This document shows, piece by piece, positions 9,200 to 18,628 of a stretch of DNA of 64,000 nucleotides. Source of the DNA: a virus; the IMG/VR virus record IMGVR_UViG_3300050011_000164, positions 20,730 to 84,729 of that record; one strand, written 5' to 3'. The translations under genes were made by a program, and so were the position numbers. Position 1 is the stretch's first letter. Each line of letters starts with the position of its first letter. The notes under the pieces were generated by a model. That model saw only the letters and a list, made by a program, of their open reading frames with translations. It was not told the DNA's origin and ran no database searches.

Positions 9200-9859
9200 C
9201 TAATCCCACAAGCTTTGGAAATGCTTTGCGAACAAAGCCAGTCCCTCCTCAAGAATAGCCTGATCCCGCGCTTCCAGAGCCCGTAGAGCGACGAAGTGGT
9301 CGTCCTTGACACTCTTCCATGCCTCGGGGCTGACGCCCTTAGGACGGCGACTAGGGTATGGGCCGAGTTCCTTCTCATAGAGGCAGTCATCTATGCGGTT
9401 GTGAGCCTCGAAGCCAGCGATCATCTTCATCATGATCTCGTCCCAGCGAGCTTCGGCGATCTTGAATGCCTCGTCGGTGGGGTTGCCAGTCTCGTCGATA
9501 TACTCGGGACCCTCGGGGAATACGTGCATGGGCACGCCGTGCTTGTGCTCCTTCAGGTAGCGGAGAGCCTGTGGTAGCCAGCCCGAGAGGTAGGAGGCGA
9601 GACCCCAAGTGTCACGGTTAGCCCAGCCTCGGGCTCCGCGCTGAATGAACCACTTGATGGCGTAGTAAGTGTTCTCGGGGAACTCACGGATGTGCTTGAT
9701 TCCACGGCGAATCGTCCAGTAAGTGGACGTGTACCATGGGTCGGGGGTGTCGTAGAAGAGGTCAGGGTCCCAAGGCACAGTACGGCAAATGTCAGTTGGG
9801 ACAGGGATAGGACGGTTACGGAGAAAGAAATCAATCTTCCGCCAGAGTGATATGGTCAT
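9200..9859 (-). CDS. Conserved phage hypothetical protein
   Basis: QRGARGW..RDTW and C-terminal EGLALFAKHFQSLWD, a pattern common in phage proteins; AAGGAG RBS. Confidence 0.7.
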   Translation of the reverse strand: MTISLWRKIDFFLRNRPIPVPTDICRTVPWDPDLFYDTPDPWYTSTYWTIRRGIKHIREFPENTYYAIKWFIQRGARGWANRDTWGLASYLSGWLPQALRYLKEHKHGVPMHVFPEGPEYIDETGNPTDEAFKIAEARWDEIMMKMIAGFEAHNRIDDCLYEKELGPYPSRRPKGVSPEAWKSVKDDHFVALRALEARDQAILEEGLALFAKHFQSLWD

Positions 9860-10022
9860 GTCAGGTGCTCCTTTAGTTGGTCTTCTAAAGCGTACTTGAC
9901 ATGGCTGTGCTCCTCGGGGGGTGATTGAATTTGAGAACGGCACCCGCGATACCGGACTTTGCAGGACTTACGCTCGCTCTCTAAACATAATACTGAAAGT
10001 CAGGAAAATTGGCAAGAAAATA

Positions 10023-10050
10023 GCGGAAGTGGAGCGAGGGCCACTTCCGC
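10023..10050 (-). terminator. Intrinsic terminator hairpin
   Basis: GCGGAAGTGG-N8-CCACTTCCGC followed by TATTTTCTT on minus strand. Confidence 0.65.
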
Positions 10051-10163
10051 CTAAGGAAAGGTAATCAGCATCTCGCTTGATGGCTGTCCGTGTCAATCGG
10101 TTCCACCCTGAAGGGGCAGCCCATTAGAGGCTACGGCAGCAAGGTATATCTAAGGTTTTGGAA

Positions 10164-11084
10164 TTACACCGACTGGGCGACGGACGTGGTGGTCGCCGAT
10201 CCCAATTTCACGTTAGGAGATACGCCGTGACCCTCATCCACCAGTTTCCGCATTCTGTCAGGCTTACCTTGAGCACCGTAGTACAGATTTGACAGGCTGT
10301 CATTCACCCCGGGCTGATCTTGACCCTCCCACATGCGTTCCTTCCAATGAACCTCGGTTGCTGTCCCCTGAGGTCCGATCTGTGGGTGCCAGACGTGCAA
10401 GACTTGTCCCGGCAGGGTCATGTGCAGCCCATACAGGGTGTCCATGGCACGCATGGCGGCATGATCTTCACCACCCCAGCCACGGAAACGTTGATCCCAG
10501 CCGCCTACAGTCTTAAATGCTTCACGGGACATGATCTGAACCATGGCTCCGTACCAATGTCCGACTTTCGTATCGGCTGTGCCGCCCAAGATGAACATGG
10601 ACGCCAATGGTTCTGGGAACGGGAACGGGCTCGCGGGATCGGATTGCAGAAGGCAGCGTGAGGCTTCCTCGGTCAGTCGATAGAACTGACGGTAAGGAAC
10701 GAACCAGAGTTTCTTGCCTCGCTTGCGAGCAGTACGAATCTCTTCGGCACAATAGAGAACGGAGTCAGCTTGCATGTAACCGTCAGCATCGATAATGACA
10801 AACACGTCACCCTTAGCCTTGGCTGCTGCATTGTTGACGGCGACCGACTTCGAGAATGGCTGACCTGTTGGATCATCCCCCATGACAATTTGCGCTCCCG
10901 GCAACTGGGTTACCCAGTACCGCTTAAGCCATTCGACATTCTTTACCCGAGGATTCGTTGAGTCGAGGCAGCGGAACGGAATTATGACACTGATGCCCCG
11001 TCCCTTACGAAATAGTCGAGATACGAGCCAACTCACAATGGTCATAACTATAACCCCCACTACCAAATCTACTGCCCCAATCAT
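10164..11084 (-). CDS. Glycosyltransferase, GT2/GT7-like
   Basis: ISVIIPF, FSKS.AVN, IDAD, GGWDQRFRGWGGED; N-terminal TM. Confidence 0.85.
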   Translation of the reverse strand: MIGAVDLVVGVIVMTIVSWLVSRLFRKGRGISVIIPFRCLDSTNPRVKNVEWLKRYWVTQLPGAQIVMGDDPTGQPFSKSVAVNNAAAKAKGDVFVIIDADGYMQADSVLYCAEEIRTARKRGKKLWFVPYRQFYRLTEEASRCLLQSDPASPFPFPEPLASMFILGGTADTKVGHWYGAMVQIMSREAFKTVGGWDQRFRGWGGEDHAAMRAMDTLYGLHMTLPGQVLHVWHPQIGPQGTATEVHWKERMWEGQDQPGVNDSLSNLYYGAQGKPDRMRKLVDEGHGVSPNVKLGSATTTSVAQSV

Positions 11085-11848
11085 TTTAGTGCCTTTCTCA
11101 GTGCACGATATGCATCGTAAACTGCGAACTTAACATCCTCCACACGGAACTGCGAAGGTTCCCCCATCTTGCCGGCTTCCCAATTCATTTGGATGCTTGC
11201 CGAATAATCACGAAATTTGAAGTCCCCGCCATCCCTCGCCAGTGCGGGACAAACCTCCACACGACGAGGAATACCGAATGCATCCGATACGATCATCCCA
11301 TGCAGCGATGAGGTCACTATTCGTCTGCAAGCCCCGATCTGTTTCAGTACCTCAATCGGATCATCGCTCGGGTTGATAGCTTTGATAACCGTGCCCGCAG
11401 GCATCAGGTTTGTAAACCGAGGAACCAGTTCCTTATCCATGAAGTGCGGCAAGATACCTAAATCCCACTGCTTCGGCTGATCGCCAACTAACTCGTCCGC
11501 CAGTATTCCGGGATCACCTAGAGCGTAACTCCCCACGATGCCGCGAGCCGACAGCGGGCCACGTAACGACAGGATCGTCGATGAGATTTTTCCCATCTGC
11601 ATAATTTGCAGCCGAGAATCTTCGTGCAACTTACCTGAGCCAAGAATGTAGCCATCCCATAGTGGCGGGATGTGTTCTAAAACCGATCCAATGGACGCGA
11701 TCTTTGAGTGCGAAATTGTGCCCCACTCCACCTCGATGTCGGCAAAGTGTTCAAGCAAATAAGGTGCTAACGCATCGCCAAAGTTCGGCACTTCCTTCCA
11801 CCAGTAGGCTTTAATTGGTTCGGCCCTGAAAAACTGTTTCAAATTCAC
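11081..11848 (-). CDS. Polysaccharide pyruvyl transferase family (ExoV-like)
   Basis: NFGDAL, IGSVL, LRGPLS, GDPG, IVTSSLHG.I.SDAFGIP. Confidence 0.85.
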   Translation of the reverse strand: MNLKQFFRAEPIKAYWWKEVPNFGDALAPYLLEHFADIEVEWGTISHSKIASIGSVLEHIPPLWDGYILGSGKLHEDSRLQIMQMGKISSTILSLRGPLSARGIVGSYALGDPGILADELVGDQPKQWDLGILPHFMDKELVPRFTNLMPAGTVIKAINPSDDPIEVLKQIGACRRIVTSSLHGMIVSDAFGIPRRVEVCPALARDGGDFKFRDYSASIQMNWEAGKMGEPSQFRVEDVKFAVYDAYRALRKALK

Positions 11849-11921
11849 TGTAGCTCCTACTTCAGAAATGAGAAGAAGAGAAATTCGACGCTAGTAATGA
11901 ATTAGGCGGTTTTCCAATAAA

Positions 11922-11947
11922 AAATGGGGCTCCGAAGAGCCCCATTA
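11922..11947 (-). terminator. Intrinsic terminator
   Basis: AATGGGGCTC-N4-GAGCCCCATT with a T-run on minus strand. Confidence 0.7.
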
Positions 11948-11968
11948 TAGGAATTTTTACAGTGTTAC

Positions 11969-12655
11969 CTAGATAGATTTTGTCCGTGTGTGCACGTCAC
12001 ACTCGGGGAGCGGATCACCTTGCAAATCTTCGATATCCTCCATGCTGTGCTTGTGCTCGGTCGGATCGTCGCAGTACGGGCAGCCCGCGTCGGCAGCGGT
12101 CGAACCATCAGCCTCGGCAACGTCGTATTGCTGTGGGTCGAGATTCTGTTGCTCCGCTAGCTCTGCCGTATCATCAGCTTCGACAGCCTCAGCATCACAG
12201 GGGATGTCTTCAATAGCAAGAGGAGCGGTTCCTTCGATGGCTGCTTGGGTGATCGGAACGGAAACGTGTGTCATCGGTCCAACCTGAATCGGCTGCATCG
12301 GAACTTCGTTCTTGATCGCCTCATACATGAACACAAACTCCGTGGCGTCCTCGGCCTTCTCCACACCTTCGGGAAGTTCCCACTTGATGAGAACGCGATG
12401 ATTCTCGAACTTGTCCATCGCCACCTTCGGGACCGTGACCTTGTTGCCTTGCGCTTCGATCAATGCGGCTGCCAATATTGACAGACGGCTATTCTGAGTG
12501 TACAACTCGCGAGCTTGATTGATGACCTGACCGAGAGTAGTGTTCGGATCGGTTTTCAGAGCTTCGAGTTGCTTTTCAAGCTCCTCGCAATACTTCTTCA
12601 ACCGAGGAAGATACAGCTTTGTGATGGCTTTGTTTCTCTTGTTGTTGCGTCCCAT
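11969..12655 (-). CDS. Hypothetical protein with acidic C-terminus
   Basis: AAGGAG RBS; long ORF. Confidence 0.7.
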   Translation of the reverse strand: MGRNNKRNKAITKLYLPRLKKYCEELEKQLEALKTDPNTTLGQVINQARELYTQNSRLSILAAALIEAQGNKVTVPKVAMDKFENHRVLIKWELPEGVEKAEDATEFVFMYEAIKNEVPMQPIQVGPMTHVSVPITQAAIEGTAPLAIEDIPCDAEAVEADDTAELAEQQNLDPQQYDVAEADGSTAADAGCPYCDDPTEHKHSMEDIEDLQGDPLPECDVHTRTKSI

Positions 12656-12827
12656 GGATTCTCCTTAAAAGTTTTCGGGAGCGTTGCCCGAAGCGGCCAC
12701 AATACTTCATTTTCAGGCGAAGGTGTGACTCAACCTGTCCGAGGTAACCGACGTAGCCTGAATTTTTCAGCCGCCAGCTACGTCAGAGGCTTTCGGCGTG
12801 CCCGGTTTATGTCAGGCGGCAATGCTT

Positions 12828-13250
12828 TTAGTCAACGCAGAGCTTGGTGTTGCCACATTTCGGGCACACTACCAAACCCTTTTGTCTTGCTTCTATATAA
12901 CTGTTCCACGTCCACCATCGCATGGTGCGGAATTTGCGGATCATGTAGATGAATCGTCGCCCCAGAAGCGACCATGAAAACTCTTGGTGCTCCCGCATAG
13001 TCTTTGGCAGCACTTCGCCCTCTTCACAGGCGACTTTGTACGGCCACGGCTTTTCGATCACGCGAACGAAAAACTTAGACAATTTGCCTTTGCTGGTGAA
13101 CTCGCGGTCGATGCCAACCCAGCGAGGACGGATGTAGTCCTTCACATAATCGATGAACGTTTCGATGGGGTTGTAGCTCCACGACCAAAAGTCGTCCTGT
13201 TCCCAATCGCATGAGCCGTGTGGCGTGCCGTGACAATGGACGAATGCCAT
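12828..13250 (-). CDS. Hypothetical protein with split Zn ribbon
   Basis: N-term HC..C and C-term CPKC. Confidence 0.6.
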   Translation of the reverse strand: MAFVHCHGTPHGSCDWEQDDFWSWSYNPIETFIDYVKDYIRPRWVGIDREFTSKGKLSKFFVRVIEKPWPYKVACEEGEVLPKTMREHQEFSWSLLGRRFIYMIRKFRTMRWWTWNSYIEARQKGLVVCPKCGNTKLCVD

Positions 13251-13429
13251 TAAAGTTCTTCCTTAGTGATCTTTGCGGCGATGCTGCGAATCTCATTGCT
13301 GAAGAGGTTCGGATCGTTCTCAGGATCGTAGGGTGCGGATGGGGCGAAATGTGCGGGATCGCATGATGGGCATATCCCACACACGCAGACCTGATCGCCA
13401 GCTTCCTTTTTGCACGTTGGACAAATCAT
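13250..13429 (-). CDS. Small Cys-rich protein
   Basis: MICPTC...CVCGICPSC. Confidence 0.5.
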   Translation of the reverse strand: MICPTCKKEAGDQVCVCGICPSCDPAHFAPSAPYDPENDPNLFSNEIRSIAAKITKEEL

Positions 13430-13430
13430 A

Positions 13431-13760
13431 TCACTTCTTTTTCGGAGTGGCAACCTTCTTCGCGGGTGGAGCGGACTTCGCCTTCTTGATCTTCTTGCCG
13501 AAGTTCGGGTTCTTGGTCTGCACGCGGGTTGCAGGGTCGGTGATGTAAGCTCGTGAGTCGATGACTGCACCCTTACCCTGCTTGACCGCTGCCTCAGCCA
13601 CGTTAGGGGAAATAGTGGTCATCTTGGCCTCACGGATCGGATCGAGATAGATTTCGAACCCCGCCGTATCTTCGTAGCTGATGTCCGTCGTCTTCTTGAA
13701 CGTCTCACCGTCGATGTAGAAATACTGACCCATCTTGATTGCTGAAAAAGTAGCGCCCAT
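13431..13760 (-). CDS. Hypothetical protein with Lys-rich tail
   Basis: GAGGAG RBS. Confidence 0.6.
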   Translation of the reverse strand: MGATFSAIKMGQYFYIDGETFKKTTDISYEDTAGFEIYLDPIREAKMTTISPNVAEAAVKQGKGAVIDSRAYITDPATRVQTKNPNFGKKIKKAKSAPPAKKVATPKKK

Positions 13761-13790
13761 GAGAAATCTCCTCTCCTCCATAATACTGCA

Positions 13791-14192
13791 TTATGTGGAT
13801 TTTTCTGCTAATTTCTTACGCTCAGCCCGAACCTTACGGGAGGCGGTAGTTTTACGTTTATGATGGGGCTTGCATAACGACCGCAGGTTGTTCGAATCGT
13901 GGAAGCATCCGCCGTCTGCAAGCTCAATGATGTGGTCTACGTCCTTGGCAGGCAACCCGCAGATAATCCCATCCTCCATCACCCACTGACATCTCCACTT
14001 GTCCCGGCGACGGACCTTGTTGCGGATGTAGTTCCAGTCGCAGCGAGAGCGAACTTCCAGAAGACACTCCTTCGAGCACCACGCTTGCTTACGGCCCGTC
14101 AAAACTTTCTTGCAATAACGGCAATGGTAGCCCGCCGCATCCTTACGGGCGGGGAAGTCATTCCACGTGAACTCCTGACCTTTACGTGCCAT
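13791..14192 (-). CDS. HNH endonuclease
   Basis: RRDKWRCQ...CG...DVDHIIELADGG...NLRSLCKPHH. Confidence 0.85.
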   Translation of the reverse strand: MARKGQEFTWNDFPARKDAAGYHCRYCKKVLTGRKQAWCSKECLLEVRSRCDWNYIRNKVRRRDKWRCQWVMEDGIICGLPAKDVDHIIELADGGCFHDSNNLRSLCKPHHKRKTTASRKVRAERKKLAEKST

Positions 14193-14958
14193 TGGTTTCT
14201 TTCTTCGCTACACCCCAAAGAGCCGTAAGCCCAAGCATTTCCAGTTGATATACGCCCTTCAATTTAATGCGATGATACTCAAGTGCTCCCTCAACCGATC
14301 CATGTTCTCCGCGAGCAATGCTCAGGGCGGCTCTCATCGCGTCCTGTACGCGAGTTAGCGATATACGCTGCTTATCGTCCTCGCGATATTCCTTCCGCAG
14401 ACGGTTGATGTGCTCGTAGCGGGTTTGATTGTCACGCCGACATGCCACGGCATGAATCAAGTCTCTCTGTTGTTCCGCAGTCGTTGTGCGAAGCGGGGGA
14501 CGAACGCGACTAATCATGCAGTCTCGTTTGTCGCTGTACTCCAGAAGTCCCCAATCCTTCGGTTTCTCGGTCTCCGCGATCAACCCAGCGGGAGCGGCAA
14601 TCCAGCACAAGTCGGCAGGCGCAGGCCATTCCCATTTATGATCGCCACGGAAATCGCTGCGGGAAGTCTTAACCTCCACCACCACGGTCATCATGCGGTT
14701 CAGGATGCTCGCTTCGAACTGCCAAGCGTCCTTCTCTTCCTGCGGTTTCTTCCATTTGGGCTTGCGGCGAATCAATTTCAGGTCTTGCAGTTCCGTCTCA
14801 GTGGGGCACGACACCCCCGCTATATCGGCGATCCAGCCGGATGCTATCGTGACCTCGGTCTCGACGGGCTTGATCCCACGTTCGTCGAGCCAGAAACAGG
14901 TCGCAGCGGTGATCTGTTTCGTGAGTTCTGTTTTGTTCTGGTCGTCAAAAAGACTCAT
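14182..14958 (-). CDS. PD-(D/E)XK nuclease-like, MmcB family
   Basis: IADIAG...VEVKTSRSDFRGDHKW...WGLL. Confidence 0.65.
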   Translation of the reverse strand: MSLFDDQNKTELTKQITAATCFWLDERGIKPVETEVTIASGWIADIAGVSCPTETELQDLKLIRRKPKWKKPQEEKDAWQFEASILNRMMTVVVEVKTSRSDFRGDHKWEWPAPADLCWIAAPAGLIAETEKPKDWGLLEYSDKRDCMISRVRPPLRTTTAEQQRDLIHAVACRRDNQTRYEHINRLRKEYREDDKQRISLTRVQDAMRAALSIARGEHGSVEGALEYHRIKLKGVYQLEMLGLTALWGVAKKETNGT

Positions 14959-15161
14959 TCTTTTTCCATTGCTTCGATGGCGGCGACTGCCCGCGTAAGG
15001 ATTTTGGTCGCACGTTCGAGCACGTGCTTGTGACCTTGCACGCCGTAACTGTTGGATTCGCAGGCTTCGAATACCCTGCGGACGGCCTTGCGGTCGTATC
15101 GATACAACCCGCTAATGCTGATTTCGAGAATCTTTTTCTGTTGAACTTGTGTCAGTTTCAT
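14955..15161 (-). CDS. Hypothetical protein
   Basis: Coupled ORF. Confidence 0.5.
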   Translation of the reverse strand: MKLTQVQQKKILEISISGLYRYDRKAVRRVFEACESNSYGVQGHKHVLERATKILTRAVAAIEAMEKE

Positions 15162-15472
15162 TGGACAACCCCGTCGATTTCTATCAGTTCCCAAGCGACA
15201 CGCTCGGCGTTTTCAAAACCAAAGTCGATCATAAACCGTAACCCTTGTTGCTCCAAATATTTAGCGAAGGCGACTTGCTCGGGCTTCGTTTCATAATCGG
15301 GGAAACGAGTTAAGAATTTCTCAATCTCTGTCATTTAGTCCTCATCAAATACTGGTTCGGTGGTTTCCCGCGTTCCACAACTTTCCCAGTAAGCAAGTCA
15401 CACAGGTCTTGGATATGACCTGACGGCTCACGGCGGACGATGGCTCGAAGTAGCCTGTGCAACTGATTCAGT

Positions 15473-15883
15473 TTATTCACTGGTTTTCGCTTTCCCAGCC
15501 AAATACTCTTCCGCCGCTGCGCGAAGTTTGCACAGATGACAATTCTCGCGAGGACCAAATGGTTTCGAGTGGTATTCCTCAACCAATTCAATGAACTGGG
15601 GTGCGATCTGATCCAGCAAGGCGATGGTTTGAATGATCTGCACGAAGAAAATACCCGCCTGCTCATCGTCATCGTTTGCCGCCGCGATCTGGTGGGCGAC
15701 TTTAGCAACAGCCTTATCACGGAGGGTTCGTTCGGCGAATGCTCTGTTGGGCGGAATATCCTCGCCGACGTACTCGTGACCACAATAGGTTTTCTTATCC
15801 TCTGGCACTCTTCCACTCCTTGTACTTCTCAGGTAAACATTTAGCGCAAGGACGGAACCCAGCGGCAATGGCTGTGGCTTCAT
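15473..15883 (-). CDS. Hypothetical protein (start uncertain, probably later)
   Basis: ORF in run; overlaps upstream gene. Confidence 0.45.
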   Translation of the reverse strand: MKPQPLPLGSVLALNVYLRSTRSGRVPEDKKTYCGHEYVGEDIPPNRAFAERTLRDKAVAKVAHQIAAANDDDEQAGIFFVQIIQTIALLDQIAPQFIELVEEYHSKPFGPRENCHLCKLRAAAEEYLAGKAKTSE

Positions 15884-16046
15884 CCTTGAAGAAAACTCTG
15901 TGTTTTACGTAGTGTCCTGCGGCGATGAAACGGAGAGCAGAAGGGCAGTCGAGCCTACCGTATATCTTGAGTTGCCTGTGTCCGCCCAACTTCCCGGGCG
16001 TCTTGCTTGCTCGAATCCAGCCGTCCGATCCCATCAACAGAAACAT
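15795..16046 (-). CDS. Ada metal-binding domain protein (stand-alone)
   Basis: KIYGRLDCPSA...RVFFKDEATAIAAGFRPCAKC; GGAGAGG RBS and TGGGTATTAT upstream. Confidence 0.85.
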   Translation of the reverse strand: MFLLMGSDGWIRASKTPGKLGGHRQLKIYGRLDCPSALRFIAAGHYVKHRVFFKDEATAIAAGFRPCAKCLPEKYKEWKSARG

Positions 16047-16336
16047 GAGGTCCTCTCCACATAATACCCATTGTGCGGAGAAATTTGGCGTCATCCATGG
16101 TTATTGTGCTGAGACGGGCGCACCGTTTGCACTGGCAACCGAATGCAAGCTCGTGGCGGGTGCGGGTGTAGAAGAGAGGTTCGTCCTCTTGACGAGAACG
16201 TGCGATGTCGGGGTCTGCCCCGTACCCCCGACAATACAAATCCCAGTAACGCGAATCGCCCCCACAGTTTGGGGGGCGATCCTCGGGTTCAAAGTGTTGG
16301 TGCATTCGTTCCCTCTTCAATGAAAAGGGAAGTCAG

Positions 16337-17038
16337 TTAAGCGGTGACGAGATCGGGCGCGACTTCGCTCGGCATCCGATCCTTGACTGGCACATCCTCA
16401 TACGGCTCGTAAGTCGTGAGGTCCACAACGAGAGACCCGTCACTGGGTGCATTCGTCCACCGCACATTACCGCTGCCGTCGCTCGTAAGTACGGTACCAG
16501 CGGCAGGCAAGCCGCTACCACATGGAGTAGCTTGGGTGCCAAGCGACATGTTATTACTGTTAATGAAAGTAAAGACTTCGCCATTGTTGGTGTTCGCCAA
16601 CGTGCAGGTCACCGTGGGGCTCTGGTAAGTGCCGTTGCTGGTGAGCAGGCTGCCGCCCTGAAAATTGCCGCCGTTAATGATGCCAGTATTCGGCGTGTTG
16701 TAGCCGACCCAATTAGGCTGAGTGGTGAACGTGTAGTTGGGAGTGTTGTAGTAATTCGGCCAAGACCAGACCCATTGTGGGTAGGTGTAGACGTAGCGGA
16801 CGTTCTGGGGCGGCTCCGTACCCTCCACGAGGGCTCTCAGGGATCGTTCGAGCATATCTAACCGAGCGGTCTCCTGCACGATCTCTTGGTGATTCTTGGT
16901 AGCCGTTGCCAAAGCTTTTTCGGCTCTGACGAGAGCTTTCTTCTTGTCGGCAAGCTCTTTTGAAGCTGCTTTCATCAATTTCGCGTATTTTGAAGTTTTA
17001 GTCTTGCTATTTGCTGCAATTCTTTTCTTGTTTGCCAC
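16337..17038 (-). CDS. Hypothetical protein with N-terminal coiled coil and Asn/Thr/Gly-rich tail
   Basis: GAGGT RBS; long ORF. Confidence 0.65.
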   Translation of the reverse strand: MANKKRIAANSKTKTSKYAKLMKAASKELADKKKALVRAEKALATATKNHQEIVQETARLDMLERSLRALVEGTEPPQNVRYVYTYPQWVWSWPNYYNTPNYTFTTQPNWVGYNTPNTGIINGGNFQGGSLLTSNGTYQSPTVTCTLANTNNGEVFTFINSNNMSLGTQATPCGSGLPAAGTVLTSDGSGNVRWTNAPSDGSLVVDLTTYEPYEDVPVKDRMPSEVAPDLVTA

Positions 17039-17140
17039 GTGGCACCTCTAAAAGTGTGAATTGATAGTCTGAAAACACCGAATTTACAAAATTCATTGTC
17101 GATTCTGAGTATCTAATACTGAGTTTTGAGGTACAAAAGC

Positions 17141-17170
17141 AAAAAGCCCTCGATTTTCATCGAGGACTTT
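17141..17170 (-). terminator. Probable terminator
   Basis: AAAGTCCTCGAT-GAAA-ATCGAGGGCTTTTT on minus strand. Confidence 0.6.
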
Positions 17171-17197
17171 CAGTTTTGAGGAGGGATTATAGCTCCT

Positions 17198-17734
17198 TTA
17201 GAAATATCTTACGTAAACACTTACCAGATTCGAACTGGCTTGAAATTGAAATTGCTGATTCGCCTGTGCGAACACCGAGGACGGCAGCACCAGAAACTCC
17301 GTGCCCGGGTGAAGTTCCGTGGCGACGGGTACAACGTAGTCGTCAACATCGGATGTACGGCCCGTGCAAGCATCAGGAGCCGATAAAAGTGTGATCGTGG
17401 AATCACCATCTGCATAAGCTCCCCAATAGATCGATGGGGGTGACAGGGATGGGGTCTGATTCAAGCTACCCGCAAGAGCGATGTAAGCCTGACCGCCAAT
17501 ATTGACCACCTGCCCAGCCGTGTAAACCGTCACGCTCGACCATGCGAGTGCTGTAGTAGCGGCAGCACAATAGAAGGTCACCAGATCACGACCCGTTGTC
17601 AAGAAGTAGTTACCGTTCACCGCGTCACAAACGGTATAAAGAGGGTTCAACCCCGTTCCCGTTCCCGTCGTCCCGAACGTGGCACTGAGTGTGATCGGCG
17701 CGTTGTTGACGACCATTGTTGGTTTCGTAAGCAT
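17198..17734 (-). CDS. Probable virion protein with CBM5/12-like carbohydrate-binding insert
   Basis: AWSSVTVYTAGQVVNIGGQAYIAL...NQTP...YW motif; Thr/Gly-rich beta composition. Confidence 0.55.
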   Translation of the reverse strand: MLTKPTMVVNNAPITLSATFGTTGTGTGLNPLYTVCDAVNGNYFLTTGRDLVTFYCAAATTALAWSSVTVYTAGQVVNIGGQAYIALAGSLNQTPSLSPPSIYWGAYADGDSTITLLSAPDACTGRTSDVDDYVVPVATELHPGTEFLVLPSSVFAQANQQFQFQASSNLVSVYVRYF

Positions 17735-17742
17735 GTGTCCCC

Positions 17743-17961
17743 TTACTTCTTTTTCTTATGAGTGGCTTTCCACTCTTTGAATTCTTTGTGTTCGGAGGCG
17801 GTGATGCGAACAGCTTTTTCCGCTTTCCGCCAAAGCTTGCTGCCGACCCAATCAAAAGCAGCTTTACCGAATGAACCAAGCAGTAAGCCTCCACTACCGA
17901 GAAAGTAGTGGATAAACCTATCGTCAAAGTCCATTCGGGCTTTTACCAGTTCGAACAACAT
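17743..17961 (-). CDS. Small membrane protein (holin-like)
   Basis: One TM, basic C-terminus. Confidence 0.45.
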   Translation of the reverse strand: MLFELVKARMDFDDRFIHYFLGSGGLLLGSFGKAAFDWVGSKLWRKAEKAVRITASEHKEFKEWKATHKKKK

Positions 17962-18236
17962 TACGCTGCCTTTGGTGCCGTTGGTGCTGGGTTTGCCTTG
18001 ACGTACAGATACGCCGCGAGGCCGCCGCTGGCAGCCGAGACCAGAATGAGCAGGTCAAGCTCGCTGCGTAGACCGTTGGTGACGTTGAACTTCGTCGAAT
18101 CGAGGATAGACGCACCCACAACAGACGACAGCCCAGACCATGCACCGTGCAGAGCCGCCATACCGACAGCCTTGATGTAGACAGCCCAACGTGAGCCTGC
18201 CGCTTCTTCTGCTTTCAACCAAGTGGAAATGGACAT
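17961..18236 (-). CDS. Two-TM membrane protein (holin-like)
   Basis: Hydrophobic segments; GGAGG RBS; late-type motif upstream. Confidence 0.5.
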   Translation of the reverse strand: MSISTWLKAEEAAGSRWAVYIKAVGMAALHGAWSGLSSVVGASILDSTKFNVTNGLRSELDLLILVSAASGGLAAYLYVKANPAPTAPKAA

Positions 18237-18273
18237 GATGATGCCCTCCTACAAAGGAGGGCGGTAGGCAGAT

Positions 18274-18615
18274 TTATTCGGAGAAACCAGCCGCCCATAG
18301 GTAGAGGCGAGTTTGCCAGATGAAGAGGCGTCTCAGGCGAGCGCATTGGCGATAGGTCAGATTGAGGTTACCGACAAGCCAGTATTCGGGCTGGCCCCAG
18401 AACACGTCTAGAATGATGAGGATGCGAGCGACTTCCTTCCTCCATCTTGGCCAAGGGAGCTTCTTTTTCTTGGAGTTACCCGTGTAGGCTTCAGATTGAT
18501 GGGCGAGATTGTAAGTGATGGCACGCCACAAGCGTTCGCCCAGCGGGGTGTACCAGCCGTAAGGCGGGCCGTTACCTTTGGTGCGCGGGAACCATATCCA
18601 CGAATAGGGTTGCAT
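18274..18615 (-). CDS. Hypothetical protein
   Basis: ORF with AGGA RBS. Confidence 0.5.
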   Translation of the reverse strand: MQPYSWIWFPRTKGNGPPYGWYTPLGERLWRAITYNLAHQSEAYTGNSKKKKLPWPRWRKEVARILIILDVFWGQPEYWLVGNLNLTYRQCARLRRLFIWQTRLYLWAAGFSE

Positions 18616-18628
18616 TTGTTTCCTGTGG

